Positions 46,032 to 54,857 of a stretch of DNA of 64,000 nucleotides are shown one piece after another. The stretch comes from Leucobacter sp. GTDB taxonomy: Bacteria; Actinomycetota; Actinomycetes; Actinomycetales; Microbacteriaceae. The notes beneath the pieces were generated by a model that worked only from the letters and a program-made list of their open reading frames with translations, was not told where the DNA came from and did no database searches. The position numbers and the translations under genes are program-made. The DNA lies in NCBI GenBank assembly GCA_048516985.1, contig CP183188.1, forward strand, positions 179,630 through 243,629, in the 5' to 3' direction. Numbering within the stretch: the first letter of the stretch is position 1; every line of letters begins with the position of its first letter.

Positions 46032-46514
46032 ATGGACGATCAGACCTTCCGGGACCTGATGGCGCACGTGCCGGCGCCCGTCACCGTCGTCACCACCCAC
46101 GACGGCGAGACCCCCAGCGGAACGACGGTCAGCGCATTCGCCTCCCTCTCGCTCACCCCGAAGCTCGTCATGGTGTCCATGGACAACGCTTCCAAGATCC
46201 TCCAGCGCATCCGCCATATCCGGCGCTTCGGCGTCAACCTCCTCGCTGACGGTCAGGGCGATATCGCCATGCGCTTCGCCCGCGACGAGGCGCTGCGCTT
46301 CGCCACCGACGACTGGCATCTCGCAGAGGGGCTCCCCCGACTCGACGGCACCGCCGCCTGGATCGAGTGCACCCTGGCCTACGAGCTCCCCGCGGGCGAC
46401 CACACGATCCTCGCCGGCGAGGTGCGGCACGCGGAGCTGGAGGGCCCGCTCGCCCTCGTCTACAGCAACCGCGCCTTCGGCGCCAACAGCGCCGCCCTCG
46501 CCCCGACCGCCTAA
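46032..46514 (+). CDS. Flavin reductase (HpaC-like, flavin reductase domain)
   Basis: 160 aa, FRDLMAHVPAPVTVVTT...GTTVSAFASLSLTPKLVMVS. Confidence 0.8.
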   Translation: MDDQTFRDLMAHVPAPVTVVTTHDGETPSGTTVSAFASLSLTPKLVMVSMDNASKILQRIRHIRRFGVNLLADGQGDIAMRFARDEALRFATDDWHLAEGLPRLDGTAAWIECTLAYELPAGDHTILAGEVRHAELEGPLALVYSNRAFGANSAALAPTA

Positions 46515-46658
46515 CCATCGGGGCCGGCGATCCGCCGGCCCCGGCGAATGCCCACCCGGGCGACCCGCCGTCCCCGAGCGCAGCAATGCGCGACCTCACA
46601 CCACCCGCACGAACACCACACCCCGCAGCGATGGGGCTGTCAGGAAAGGAAACACCCA

Positions 46659-47537
46659 ATGACCGCAATCGGCGCCGTCTCCGAGATCGGCTACGTCTCG
46701 ATGCTGACCCGAGACCTCACCGCCTCGACCAAGAACGCCATCGATGTCTTCGGCCTGCACGAGACCGACTCGACGGGCAAGAAGGTCTTCCTCACCGCCC
46801 AGAACAAGCACCACGAGCTGGTCTACACCCAGGCCGAGGAGGACGCCGTCGACCACATCGGCCTCGTCGTGCCCAGTCGCGACGAGCTCGACGCCGTCCG
46901 CGCCAAGGTCGACCGCGGCGGCTACAAGATCGTCTCGGAGAACCCGATCGAGGACCACATCGAGGAGGGCTTCGCCTTCGTCGGCCCCGAGGGCTACACC
47001 TGGCAGATCTACACCGAGAAGCTGCCCTACAGTCTGCTCAAGCGCGGCTCGCTGACCGCCGACCGCCTGGGGCACGTGAACATCCAGGCCATCGACTCCC
47101 ACGCCCAGCGCGACTTCCTGCACGAGGTCTTCGACTTCGTCGTCTCCGACAATATCGGCGACGAGCACTTCTTCATGCGCTGCAACAACGATCACCACGG
47201 CATCGCGGTCTTCAAGGCGCCGCGCACCGCCATGCACCACCACGCCTGGCAGGCCGGCAACATCATGGACCTGGCCCGCCTCGGCGACCGCCTGGCCCGC
47301 CGCGGCGCGCGCCTGGCCTGGGGCCCCGTGCGCCACGGCGCCGGCGACAACATCGCCGTCTACTACGTGGAACCCAACGGCGCCGTGATCGAGTACTACT
47401 GCGATATGGAGACCATCCGCGACAAGAACCGCCCCGAGCGCCGCTTCGAATCGGACGATCTGTACTGGATCAACCAGTGGGACGGCCAGGTGCCCCCCGG
47501 TGTGCTCGACTACGGCGTGACCCCCGTCGCGCGCTGA
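46659..47537 (+). CDS. Extradiol ring-cleavage dioxygenase (VOC superfamily, two-domain type I)
   Basis: 292 aa from ATG 46659 (RBS AGGAAAGGA). Two VOC modules with VDHIGLVV, LGHVNIQ, HHHAW and IEYY metal-ligand-like positions. Confidence 0.7.
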   Translation: MTAIGAVSEIGYVSMLTRDLTASTKNAIDVFGLHETDSTGKKVFLTAQNKHHELVYTQAEEDAVDHIGLVVPSRDELDAVRAKVDRGGYKIVSENPIEDHIEEGFAFVGPEGYTWQIYTEKLPYSLLKRGSLTADRLGHVNIQAIDSHAQRDFLHEVFDFVVSDNIGDEHFFMRCNNDHHGIAVFKAPRTAMHHHAWQAGNIMDLARLGDRLARRGARLAWGPVRHGAGDNIAVYYVEPNGAVIEYYCDMETIRDKNRPERRFESDDLYWINQWDGQVPPGVLDYGVTPVAR

Positions 47538-47550
47538 TCCGCGAAAGGCA

Positions 47551-47589
47551 CGCAGGGCCGCTTCGACCACTCGGTCGGGCGGCCCTGCG
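47551..47589. terminator. Hairpin between the convergent dioxygenase and GntR genes
   Basis: CGCAGGGCCGC-N17-GCGGCCCTGCG, an 11-bp stem. Confidence 0.5.
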
Positions 47590-47688
47590 CCGTTTCCCGC
47601 GCTGCTGAGGTGCAGGGATCCGACCCGGATCCGCCCGTGATCCCGCGCCGAGCGGCCCTGAGCACACCTGCGGCGCGCTCACCGAGCC

Positions 47689-48477
47689 TCACCAGTCGTA
47701 GAGCGTCTCGCCCTGCGAGGCCACGTAGTCGCGCATCACGCCGAAGGCGGCTTCCTTGTCGCGGGCCTCCAGCGCGGCGATCATGCGCTCGTGCAGCCGG
47801 AGCTGCATGCGCACGCCGTCGCGACTCTCACGGCCGAGCGGCATCACCGCGACGGCGTGCTCGTCGAGGAACTCGATCAGCCCGACGAAGACGGTGCGCA
47901 GCAGCGGATTCGGGGAGATGCTCGTCACCCGGGACTGGAAGTTCCAGTGCCCGCGGATGAAGCCGTCAACATCACCCTCGTCGAGCGAGCGCCGCATCTC
48001 GTTGAGCAGGCGTCGCAGATCCTGGATGTCGAAGGGCCGCACATGCTCCACGGCATCGGAGATCGCGAGCGGATCCAGGGCGTTGCGCATGCGGAGGGCG
48101 TCGCGCACGGTGTGCGCGCTCGTCTCCATGCCGACGATCTGGGCACCCAGCCGCATCAGCGAGGTGGTGTGCGCGCTGAAGATGCCGCCGCCGGGGCCGC
48201 GCCGCAGGGTGACCGCGCCGCGCGCCTGCGCGATCCGCAACGCCTCGTTGAGGGTGCCCACCGACACGCCGACGAGTTCGCGCAGCTCGTCCTTGCTGCC
48301 CAGTCTCGCGCCGGGCTCCTCGTCCCGGGCCATGGCCTCGATCTGGGCGGCCACCTGCTCGGCCAGATTTGTCTCGGGAACCACCTGGTACTGCTTCGTG
48401 CGGTGCGAGAGCCAGGCGCGGCGGTTCAGGGCGGGATCATCCCCCGGGGCAAGCTCCACGCTGGAATTCCACACCAT
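47689..48477 (-). CDS. GntR/FadR family transcriptional regulator (GntR-1)
   Basis: 262 aa with wHTH LGSKDELRELVGVSVGTLNEALRIAQARGAVTLRRGPGGGIF and a C-terminal FCD-like helical domain. Confidence 0.85.
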   Translation of the reverse strand: MVWNSSVELAPGDDPALNRRAWLSHRTKQYQVVPETNLAEQVAAQIEAMARDEEPGARLGSKDELRELVGVSVGTLNEALRIAQARGAVTLRRGPGGGIFSAHTTSLMRLGAQIVGMETSAHTVRDALRMRNALDPLAISDAVEHVRPFDIQDLRRLLNEMRRSLDEGDVDGFIRGHWNFQSRVTSISPNPLLRTVFVGLIEFLDEHAVAVMPLGRESRDGVRMQLRLHERMIAALEARDKEAAFGVMRDYVASQGETLYDW

Positions 48478-48551
48478 GAATAGATACTAGCAGTCGACCC
48501 TCCCCGGGGTTCTAGCAGCAGAATCAGCTTGACATTCCAATTTCTGAATGA

Positions 48552-48563
48552 CATATTGATCAT
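48552..48563 (+). promoter_or_regulatory. CATATTGATCAT motif, copy 2
   Basis: 40 nt upstream of the monooxygenase-1 ATG, in the GntR-1 divergent region. TTGACA lies at 48529-48534. Confidence 0.4.
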
Positions 48564-48603
48564 GATCTTTACCGGCAACTCAATGCAGAGAGGCAGTTGT
48601 ACC

Positions 48604-49794
48604 ATGACCCAGGTTTCCGACGGCATCAAGAAGGTTCTCGAGGCGACGGAGGCAATCCTCCCCGAGATCGCTGCGGCAGGCAAGGACGGCGATCAGGATC
48701 GCCGCGTGCGCGACGACATCATCGAGAAGCTGAAGGAGACCGGCGCGCTCGGCATCAGCAAGCCCGAGCGCTTCGGCGGGCTCGGCGCCAACGCCCGCGA
48801 GATGCTCGAGGTGTCCACCCTCGTCGGTCGCGCCGATGCCGGTGCCGGCTGGGTCGTCATGCTCACCAACGTCTGCGGCTGGCTCACGGCTCATATGAGC
48901 CACGAGACGCAGGCCGATGTCTGGGGCGGCGACAACCCCAATCCGGTACTCACCGGCGTGCTCATGCCGACCTCCACCGCAAGGAAGGTCGAGGGTGGAT
49001 ACCGCGTCACGGGCAAGTGGCACTACAACTCGGGCTCCTGGTGGAGCGACTGGGCGGGGATCGGCTTCCCCATCGTCGACGAGGAGGGCAACGAGATCAA
49101 TGTCGGGCTCGGCGTGATCCCGCGCTCCGACTACACCATCGAGGACACCTGGTACATCGCCGGCATGCGCGGCAGCGCCAGCAACTCCATCGTCGCCGAG
49201 GACGTGTTCGTGCCCGATCACCGGGTCATGCTCGTGCCTCCGGCCATCGAGGGCGAATACCCGAGCATCTCCGCCAAGGACGAGCCCGTCTACCGCACCG
49301 CCTTCATCCCGCTGCTCGTCGTCGTGCTCGTCGGCCCCTCCCTCGGCGCGGCCGAGGCGGCGCTCGAGTACGTCCGCGAGAAGGCGCGCCAGAAGCCGGT
49401 CTCGCAGACCTTCTTCGAGCGACAGGCGGACTCCACTGCGCTGCAGCTGAAGGTCGCGCAGGCCGCGCAGAAGATCGAGGTGGCGCGCCTGCTCACCTTC
49501 GACGTCTGCGACCGCCTCGATGCCTGGGGCAAGGAGGGCGTCTATCCCGAGCCGCTTGAGCGCACCCGGGTCAAGGCCAACGTCGGCTACATCATGGAGC
49601 TGCTGCAGGAGGCCATCGAGACGCTGATGTGGGTCCACGGCTCGGGTTCCTACGCCGATTCCAACCCGATGCAGCGCTGGTGGCGCGATATCCACGTCGG
49701 CACCAGCCACGCCGTCGGCAGCCCCTCGATCGGTTACGAGACCTACGGCAAGCTGCTGCTGGGCAATGAGACCAGCATCACTCCGATGATCTAA
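48604..49794 (+). CDS. Acyl-CoA dehydrogenase-fold two-component flavin-dependent monooxygenase, oxygenase component (paralogue 1)
   Basis: 396 aa from ATG 48604. ACAD-like architecture with GYRVTGKWHYNSGSWWSDW and DTWYIAGMRGSASNSIV, typical of the HsaA/HpaH(C2)/DszC-type group as I recall it. Confidence 0.7.
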   Translation: MTQVSDGIKKVLEATEAILPEIAAAGKDGDQDRRVRDDIIEKLKETGALGISKPERFGGLGANAREMLEVSTLVGRADAGAGWVVMLTNVCGWLTAHMSHETQADVWGGDNPNPVLTGVLMPTSTARKVEGGYRVTGKWHYNSGSWWSDWAGIGFPIVDEEGNEINVGLGVIPRSDYTIEDTWYIAGMRGSASNSIVAEDVFVPDHRVMLVPPAIEGEYPSISAKDEPVYRTAFIPLLVVVLVGPSLGAAEAALEYVREKARQKPVSQTFFERQADSTALQLKVAQAAQKIEVARLLTFDVCDRLDAWGKEGVYPEPLERTRVKANVGYIMELLQEAIETLMWVHGSGSYADSNPMQRWWRDIHVGTSHAVGSPSIGYETYGKLLLGNETSITPMI

Positions 49795-49848
49795 GATCGA
49801 AATGATCTAGGATATACACTTACAGGCTCCGACTAGAAAGAAGCATAG

Positions 49849-50688
49849 ATGCGTCTCGCAAATCACGACGGCCGTGCCGTCATCATCACCGACGATACGA
49901 CCGGATTCGATGTCGCCGCGGCCAGCGCCGACCGCTTCGGACCGGACATCCAGGGGATCTACGACGACTGGGACGCCTTCCGCGCCTGGGCCGACAGCGC
50001 TTCCGGCGATGCCATCACCATCGACCCGGCCAAGCTCGGACCCGTGACCCCGCGGCCGTTCCAGTCCTTCGGTGTCGGCCTCAACTACGCCGACCACGTG
50101 GCCGAGAGCGGCATGGGCACCCCCGACGCCCTGCCCCCGGTCTTCGCCAAGTTCCAGTCGTCGATCGCCGGCCCGTACGAGACCGTGGAGCTCGTGCCCG
50201 GCGGCAAGACCGACTGGGAGGCCGAGCTGGTGATCGTGGTGAGCCGCAAGGCGCACCGCGTCGCCGAGGGCACCGGCTGGGACTACGTGGCGGGCCTCAC
50301 CGTCGGCCAGGACCTCTCCGAGCGCGTCACCCAGTTGCAGCCCCCGAGCCCGCAGTTCGGACTGGGCAAGTCCTTTCCCGGCTACTCGCCGCAGGGTCCG
50401 TGGCTGGTCACCCCCGAGGCGCTGCCCGACCGCAACGATCTCGCCATTACCGGCGAGCTCGATGGGGAGGTCGTGCAGAGCGGTCACACCGGCCAGATGA
50501 TCTTCGACGTGCCCTCGATCATCGAGAAGCTCTCGCAGATCGTCACCCTGCACCCGGGCGACGTGATCTACTCCGGCACCCCCTCGGGCGTGGGCTTCAC
50601 CCGCGAACCCGAGTGGCTGATCCAGCCGGGTCAGACCCTCACCACGACCATCGAGGGAATCGGCACCATCCGCCAGACCTTCGTGTGA
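49849..50688 (+). CDS. Fumarylacetoacetate hydrolase (FAH) family protein
   Basis: 279 aa with GVGLNYADH, DWEAELVIVV, GDVIYSGTPSGVG. Confidence 0.85.
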   Translation: MRLANHDGRAVIITDDTTGFDVAAASADRFGPDIQGIYDDWDAFRAWADSASGDAITIDPAKLGPVTPRPFQSFGVGLNYADHVAESGMGTPDALPPVFAKFQSSIAGPYETVELVPGGKTDWEAELVIVVSRKAHRVAEGTGWDYVAGLTVGQDLSERVTQLQPPSPQFGLGKSFPGYSPQGPWLVTPEALPDRNDLAITGELDGEVVQSGHTGQMIFDVPSIIEKLSQIVTLHPGDVIYSGTPSGVGFTREPEWLIQPGQTLTTTIEGIGTIRQTFV

Positions 50689-50726
50689 ACCGTCGCTGAC
50701 GGCGGGCCGCCACCGAGCGGTCGCTC

Positions 50727-50768
50727 ATGATTGAACCCCCGCACCGCACGGTGCGGGGGTTCAATCAT
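50727..50768. terminator. Bidirectional terminator hairpin
   Basis: ATGATTGAACCCCCGCACC-gcac-GGTGCGGGGGTTCAATCAT, a perfect 19-bp stem between convergent genes. Confidence 0.75.
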
Positions 50769-50815
50769 TCATCCGCGCTGCGGCTCCTCCACGCGAGCCG
50801 ATCCCGGCCGGCGCC

Positions 50816-51472
50816 TCAGTGCCCCATCTGCTTCAGGGCGAGACGGACGATCTCCATCACCGTCTCCATGTCCTTGTCGAGGATTCCCTGCCAGAGCCGC
50901 TCCTGGGCGGCATGGACGGAGACCAGATCGTCCGCATCCGTGTAGAGAGCCGGCGTCGAGTCCTGGATGAGCTGAACTGCGGTCCGGAACACCAGCCGCG
51001 CGAACTCGTACTCCGACTGCTCGGCGATCACGAGCTGAAACTCGAAGGTGAGCGCCGAGAACCGCTGACCGTCTTTGTCCCTCGCAGCCTCGGCGAGCTG
51101 GGCGAGCACTCCCCTCACCCTCGCGTCGCCGGCCGGTGTCACCCGATCCATAACGTCCTCGATGACCAGCTGGTCGAGCGCACCACGCACGCGGATGGCG
51201 TCGTTGCGCAGGGCGGAGCCCCGGGAGACCGTCAGTGCGTCGGCCGATAGCGCTTCGAGAGGATTCGGCGCCGCCACGAAAAGCCCCCCTCCGGGACCCG
51301 GGCGGAGTTCGAGACTCCCGCGGTTCTGCAGCAGCCGGGTGGCCTGGTTGAGGGTGCCGGGCGCTACCCCGAGGCGCTCGGCAAGCTCAGATTTAGAGCC
51401 CAGGCGCATGCCTGGCTCGGCCGCGTCGATGAGCTTCTGCAACTCGCGCAGGGCGTGGCTGACTCGAGACAA
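50816..51472 (-). CDS. GntR/FadR family transcriptional regulator (GntR-2)
   Basis: 218 aa from TTG 51472 (RBS GAGGAG, 6-nt spacer). LGSKSELAERLGVAPGTLNQATRLLQNRGSLELRPGPGGGLF. Paralogous to GntR-1. Confidence 0.85.
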   Translation of the reverse strand: MSRVSHALRELQKLIDAAEPGMRLGSKSELAERLGVAPGTLNQATRLLQNRGSLELRPGPGGGLFVAAPNPLEALSADALTVSRGSALRNDAIRVRGALDQLVIEDVMDRVTPAGDARVRGVLAQLAEAARDKDGQRFSALTFEFQLVIAEQSEYEFARLVFRTAVQLIQDSTPALYTDADDLVSVHAAQERLWQGILDKDMETVMEIVRLALKQMGH

Positions 51473-51670
51473 TCTGTGCTCCTCTGCGACACGTCCGGCG
51501 CCGGCGACGGACCACCATTATCAATTGCTATCAATTCTATGGGAAAGGAGAGGATCCGACCGGCCGAGCCCCCGGAAGCTGAGAGAACGAGCCTGCCGAT
51601 GCGCGTCTCACCGCGCCGCTCCGACCTCCACTGCGGCCTCCGCCGCGGCCTCTTGCGTTTCCCTTCGAGA

Positions 51671-51696
51671 ATTAGTAATCTTCAATTGTCATTAAT
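51671..51696 (+). promoter_or_regulatory. 26-mer ATTAGTAATCTTCAATTGTCATTAAT, copy 1 (candidate shared promoter/operator)
   Basis: 37 nt upstream of ATG 51734. An identical reverse-complement copy lies at 57822-57847. Confidence 0.55.
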
Positions 51697-51733
51697 TGAC
51701 CCATTTATCGCACTATTGACGAAGGAGTCCGAA

Positions 51734-52921
51734 ATGAGCGCTGTCGACACCGCGGTCAGCACCGAAGAGGTGCTAGCCGCCATCGATGAGATCGGCCCGC
51801 TGATCGCCGAACAGGCATCGCAGGGCGAGATCGATCGTCGGGTCACCGACACGGTCCTGAACGCACTGCGCGAAACGGGCGCGCTGGAGACTTTCATCCC
51901 TGGACGCTTCGGCGGAGCCGATCGGAGCGTCGCGGACTTCCTTCGCATCTGCCGCCAGGTGGCGCTCTACGATGGCGGCACCTCCTGGGTCGTCACCCTC
52001 GCGAGCCTCGGCAACTGGATGTCCACCTTCTACCCCGCAGAGGTGCAGGACGCCATCCGCGGCGAGAAGCCGCTCGCGGCCGTGTCGGCCGTGGTCGCGC
52101 CCTCCGCCACAGTGGAGCGCGTCGACGGCGGCTTCCGGGTGAGCGGCAAGTGGTTCTACAACTCTGCCGGGTGGTTCTCGGACGCCGCGATCCTCGGGGT
52201 GCCGCTGGTGGGCGAGAACGGCGAGCTGGAGGATCACGGCCTGATCCTCGTGCCTCGCGAGCAGTACCGCATCGAGGACACCTGGTTCACCAGCGGCATG
52301 CGGGCCTCCGCGAGCAATTGCGTGGTCATCGAGGATCTCATCGTGCCCGAGGACCGCTACGTCTCCTTCCCGGGGGTGATCGCCGGAGATTTCCCCGGCG
52401 CGCGCGTCTCGGAGATGCATCACGTCACCCGCGCCGATCCGCTCGCCCTCTTCGCGCTCGGCCTGATCGGGCCGGTGCTCGGCCTCGGCTCCGCAGCGCT
52501 GGAGTACGTCAAGGGCCATATGTCCAAGCGCATCGTCCTCACCACCCGCGAGCGGCGGGAATCCGCGACGCACATCAGCGAGCTCGCGCGCGCGACCACC
52601 CTTGTCGACACCGCGCATCTGCACGCCTTCCGAGCGGCGGAGATCCTCGACCTGGCGGCGCGCGAAGAGAGACTGCTGACCGCGTTGGAGAGCGGTCAGG
52701 TGCGCGCGGACACTGGCTGGGTCGCCGACTGCGTCGTGGAGGCCATCGACATCCTGCTCAATGTGAACGGCGCCGGCTCCTTCTCCGAGAGCAGCCCGCT
52801 GCAGCGGATGTGGCGCGATGCGAACATCGCCGCTCGCCACGGCGCCGTGACCTCCATCCAGGGATGGGAGACCTACGGCAAGGCGCTCGTCGACCCGGAC
52901 GGACCCGTGAACCCCTTCTGA
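51734..52921 (+). CDS. Acyl-CoA dehydrogenase-fold flavin-dependent monooxygenase, oxygenase component (paralogue 2)
   Basis: 395 aa from ATG 51734 (RBS GAAGGAG). GFRVSGKWFYNSAGWFSDA and DTWFTSGMRASASNCVV; collinear with the 48604..49794 product. Confidence 0.7.
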   Translation: MSAVDTAVSTEEVLAAIDEIGPLIAEQASQGEIDRRVTDTVLNALRETGALETFIPGRFGGADRSVADFLRICRQVALYDGGTSWVVTLASLGNWMSTFYPAEVQDAIRGEKPLAAVSAVVAPSATVERVDGGFRVSGKWFYNSAGWFSDAAILGVPLVGENGELEDHGLILVPREQYRIEDTWFTSGMRASASNCVVIEDLIVPEDRYVSFPGVIAGDFPGARVSEMHHVTRADPLALFALGLIGPVLGLGSAALEYVKGHMSKRIVLTTRERRESATHISELARATTLVDTAHLHAFRAAEILDLAAREERLLTALESGQVRADTGWVADCVVEAIDILLNVNGAGSFSESSPLQRMWRDANIAARHGAVTSIQGWETYGKALVDPDGPVNPF

Positions 52922-52929
52922 GCGCTCTT

Positions 52930-52977
52930 ATACGGCAAGTGCCGCCCCTTCGAAAGAACGGGCGGCACTTGCCGTAT
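52930..52977. terminator. Bidirectional terminator hairpin
   Basis: ATACGGCAAGTGCCGCCC-N12-GGGCGGCACTTGCCGTAT, a perfect 18-bp stem. Confidence 0.7.
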
Positions 52978-53020
52978 GGGCGAACGGGGGGCGAGGGACA
53001 GAACCGCACGCCGCATCCGA

Positions 53021-53617
53021 CTACTCCCGCGGGATCGGCTTCCCCAACCAGGCGAAGGCCTGCTCGTACAGGGCCGTCGTGAGCTCGGGACGATCGTCGC
53101 CAGGGAGGTCGTCCGGAACATGCTCCCCCGCGCGAAGCCACATGAGATAAGCCAGGTACCGGTACGACTCGCGACGGGACAGCAGCACTTCGACATCGAG
53201 ATCGAGCGATTGCCCGATCACCGCCGGTTGCATGCTGTCGGACTCGTAGATCGCGTCCAGCGCCTCGATGAGCCACTCGCCGTGATGCTCCAACCGGTAG
53301 AGCAGGCGGATCCGGCTGCTCAGGTCCACCACCACCCCGTGCACCGTGCGGCGCGCCTGGATGGTCCCGGCGACCTCGGCGAGCGCCCGACGCCCGTGGA
53401 GGTGGATCACCGGGGGGCTCATCCTGTGGGACACACCGGGACCGGACAGCGCGAGCTGCCTGGACTGCTCCACGAACTCGGCGCCCGACGCATCGATCCA
53501 GCTGACGCGCACCCGGGAGGTAGGGCTGAAGGCCTCGGCCATCTGCCTCCACCAGCCCCGGTCCCGTCCTTGCCGTTCGCGCAGGACCAGCTGGGTGATC
53601 TCCTCGACATCACTCAT
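53021..53617 (-). CDS. NTF2-like (SnoaL-like) superfamily protein
   Basis: 198 aa from ATG 53617 (RBS GGAGGAG). The N-terminal EEITQLVLRERQGRDRGWW pattern is reminiscent of SnoaL_4/NTF2-like proteins. Assignment is tentative. Confidence 0.5.
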   Translation of the reverse strand: MSDVEEITQLVLRERQGRDRGWWRQMAEAFSPTSRVRVSWIDASGAEFVEQSRQLALSGPGVSHRMSPPVIHLHGRRALAEVAGTIQARRTVHGVVVDLSSRIRLLYRLEHHGEWLIEALDAIYESDSMQPAVIGQSLDLDVEVLLSRRESYRYLAYLMWLRAGEHVPDDLPGDDRPELTTALYEQAFAWLGKPIPRE

Positions 53618-53666
53618 GATCTCTCCTCCTATCCCTTTCAACATGCAGAGTGGTTCAAAGCGCAGA

Positions 53667-53720
53667 GCGGTGCGCTCCCCGTGTACACCGCGAGGCGGGC
53701 GTAGACGGGGAGCGCACCGC
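53667..53720 (-). terminator. Hairpin after the ABC importer operon
   Basis: GCGGTGCGCTCCCCGT-N22-ACGGGGAGCGCACCGC, a perfect 16-bp stem 7 bp past the SBP stop. Confidence 0.55.
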
Positions 53721-53726
53721 AGGATC

Positions 53727-54857
53727 TCAGCCGCCGAAGAAGGTGATCACCTCTTTCAGATGCGGCGCATAGCCTTCGATCGAGTCCAGATCGGAGAGCT
53801 GCTCGATGAGATCGACTTCATCCAGCGACGGCAGCCCTGCAGGCGGAGCCATATCCGGCATGGTCGGGTACCAGCCCGCCTCGGCGATCTTGCCCTGGCC
53901 CTCGACGCTCATCAGCCAGTTGACCCAGAGATTCGCCGCATTCGGATGGGGCGCGTTCGCGATGACGCACTCGCCGCTCTTGGTCCAGAGGTTCCCCCCG
54001 CCCTCAGCGAAGGGGAACAGGAACTCGATCGGCGCTCCCTGCGCCTGAGCCTCCAGCACGTAGGGGTAGAACGCGAGGGCGCCGACCGGGTAGGTGCCCT
54101 GGGCCACCTCTTGCGGCACCATGGCCGGAGCCGACACGAAGGAGAAGTTGTCGCGCGCACCTTCCATGATCCCCGCGTACTGCGTCGCATTCTCCTCGGG
54201 GGTCAGCATCATCGCGAAGGCGAACGCGGCTGCGCCGCCCGCTGCCGGGCTCGTCGTGACGATCTCACCCGCCCACTCGGGAGCGGTGAGCTCCTCCCAA
54301 CTGCTCGGGGCATCGGCTGGGTCGAGGAGATCCGTGTTCACAATGGTCCCGAATATGGAGACATAGGGGAAGAGGGATCGCGAGTCGGGTCCCATCCACT
54401 CCTCCGGCACGTCCATGATCGGCTCGATCGGCTGGCAGAGCTCATTCACCGACATCGAGACGATCGGGGTCCGTCCGTCCGAGGCCACGTCGCCGGCGTG
54501 ATTGCCGGTCTGCATCTCCTGCTCGAGCTTTGCTATGCGCTCGGCTCCCTGCATTTGCTGATAGTTGACCTGGATGCCGGGGAACCTCGTCTGGAAGGCG
54601 TCCACCACCACCCGGGGAGGCGGCGGGCCGTAGCCCACGATCTCGCTCTCGCCCGCCGCCTGCGCCGCAGCGTAGAGCTCGGCGAACGCGGCTTCCTGCT
54701 CGGGAGTACCGAGGGCCCCGCCGAACCCAGAGCCTCCCTCTCCCGACGAACCGGGCCCGGCGCTCCCGTCACCGCCCGGGGCACAGGCGGTCAGGAGCGC
54801 AAGCGGGAGTGCCAGGGCAACCGCAGCGAGCCTCCATTGGCTTCTGCTCTTATACAT
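53727..54857 (-). CDS. ABC transporter substrate-binding lipoprotein (family 1, FbpA/PotD/ThiB-like)
   Basis: 376 aa with lipobox LLTACAPG. Confidence 0.75.
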   Translation of the reverse strand: MYKSRSQWRLAAVALALPLALLTACAPGGDGSAGPGSSGEGGSGFGGALGTPEQEAAFAELYAAAQAAGESEIVGYGPPPPRVVVDAFQTRFPGIQVNYQQMQGAERIAKLEQEMQTGNHAGDVASDGRTPIVSMSVNELCQPIEPIMDVPEEWMGPDSRSLFPYVSIFGTIVNTDLLDPADAPSSWEELTAPEWAGEIVTTSPAAGGAAAFAFAMMLTPEENATQYAGIMEGARDNFSFVSAPAMVPQEVAQGTYPVGALAFYPYVLEAQAQGAPIEFLFPFAEGGGNLWTKSGECVIANAPHPNAANLWVNWLMSVEGQGKIAEAGWYPTMPDMAPPAGLPSLDEVDLIEQLSDLDSIEGYAPHLKEVITFFGG

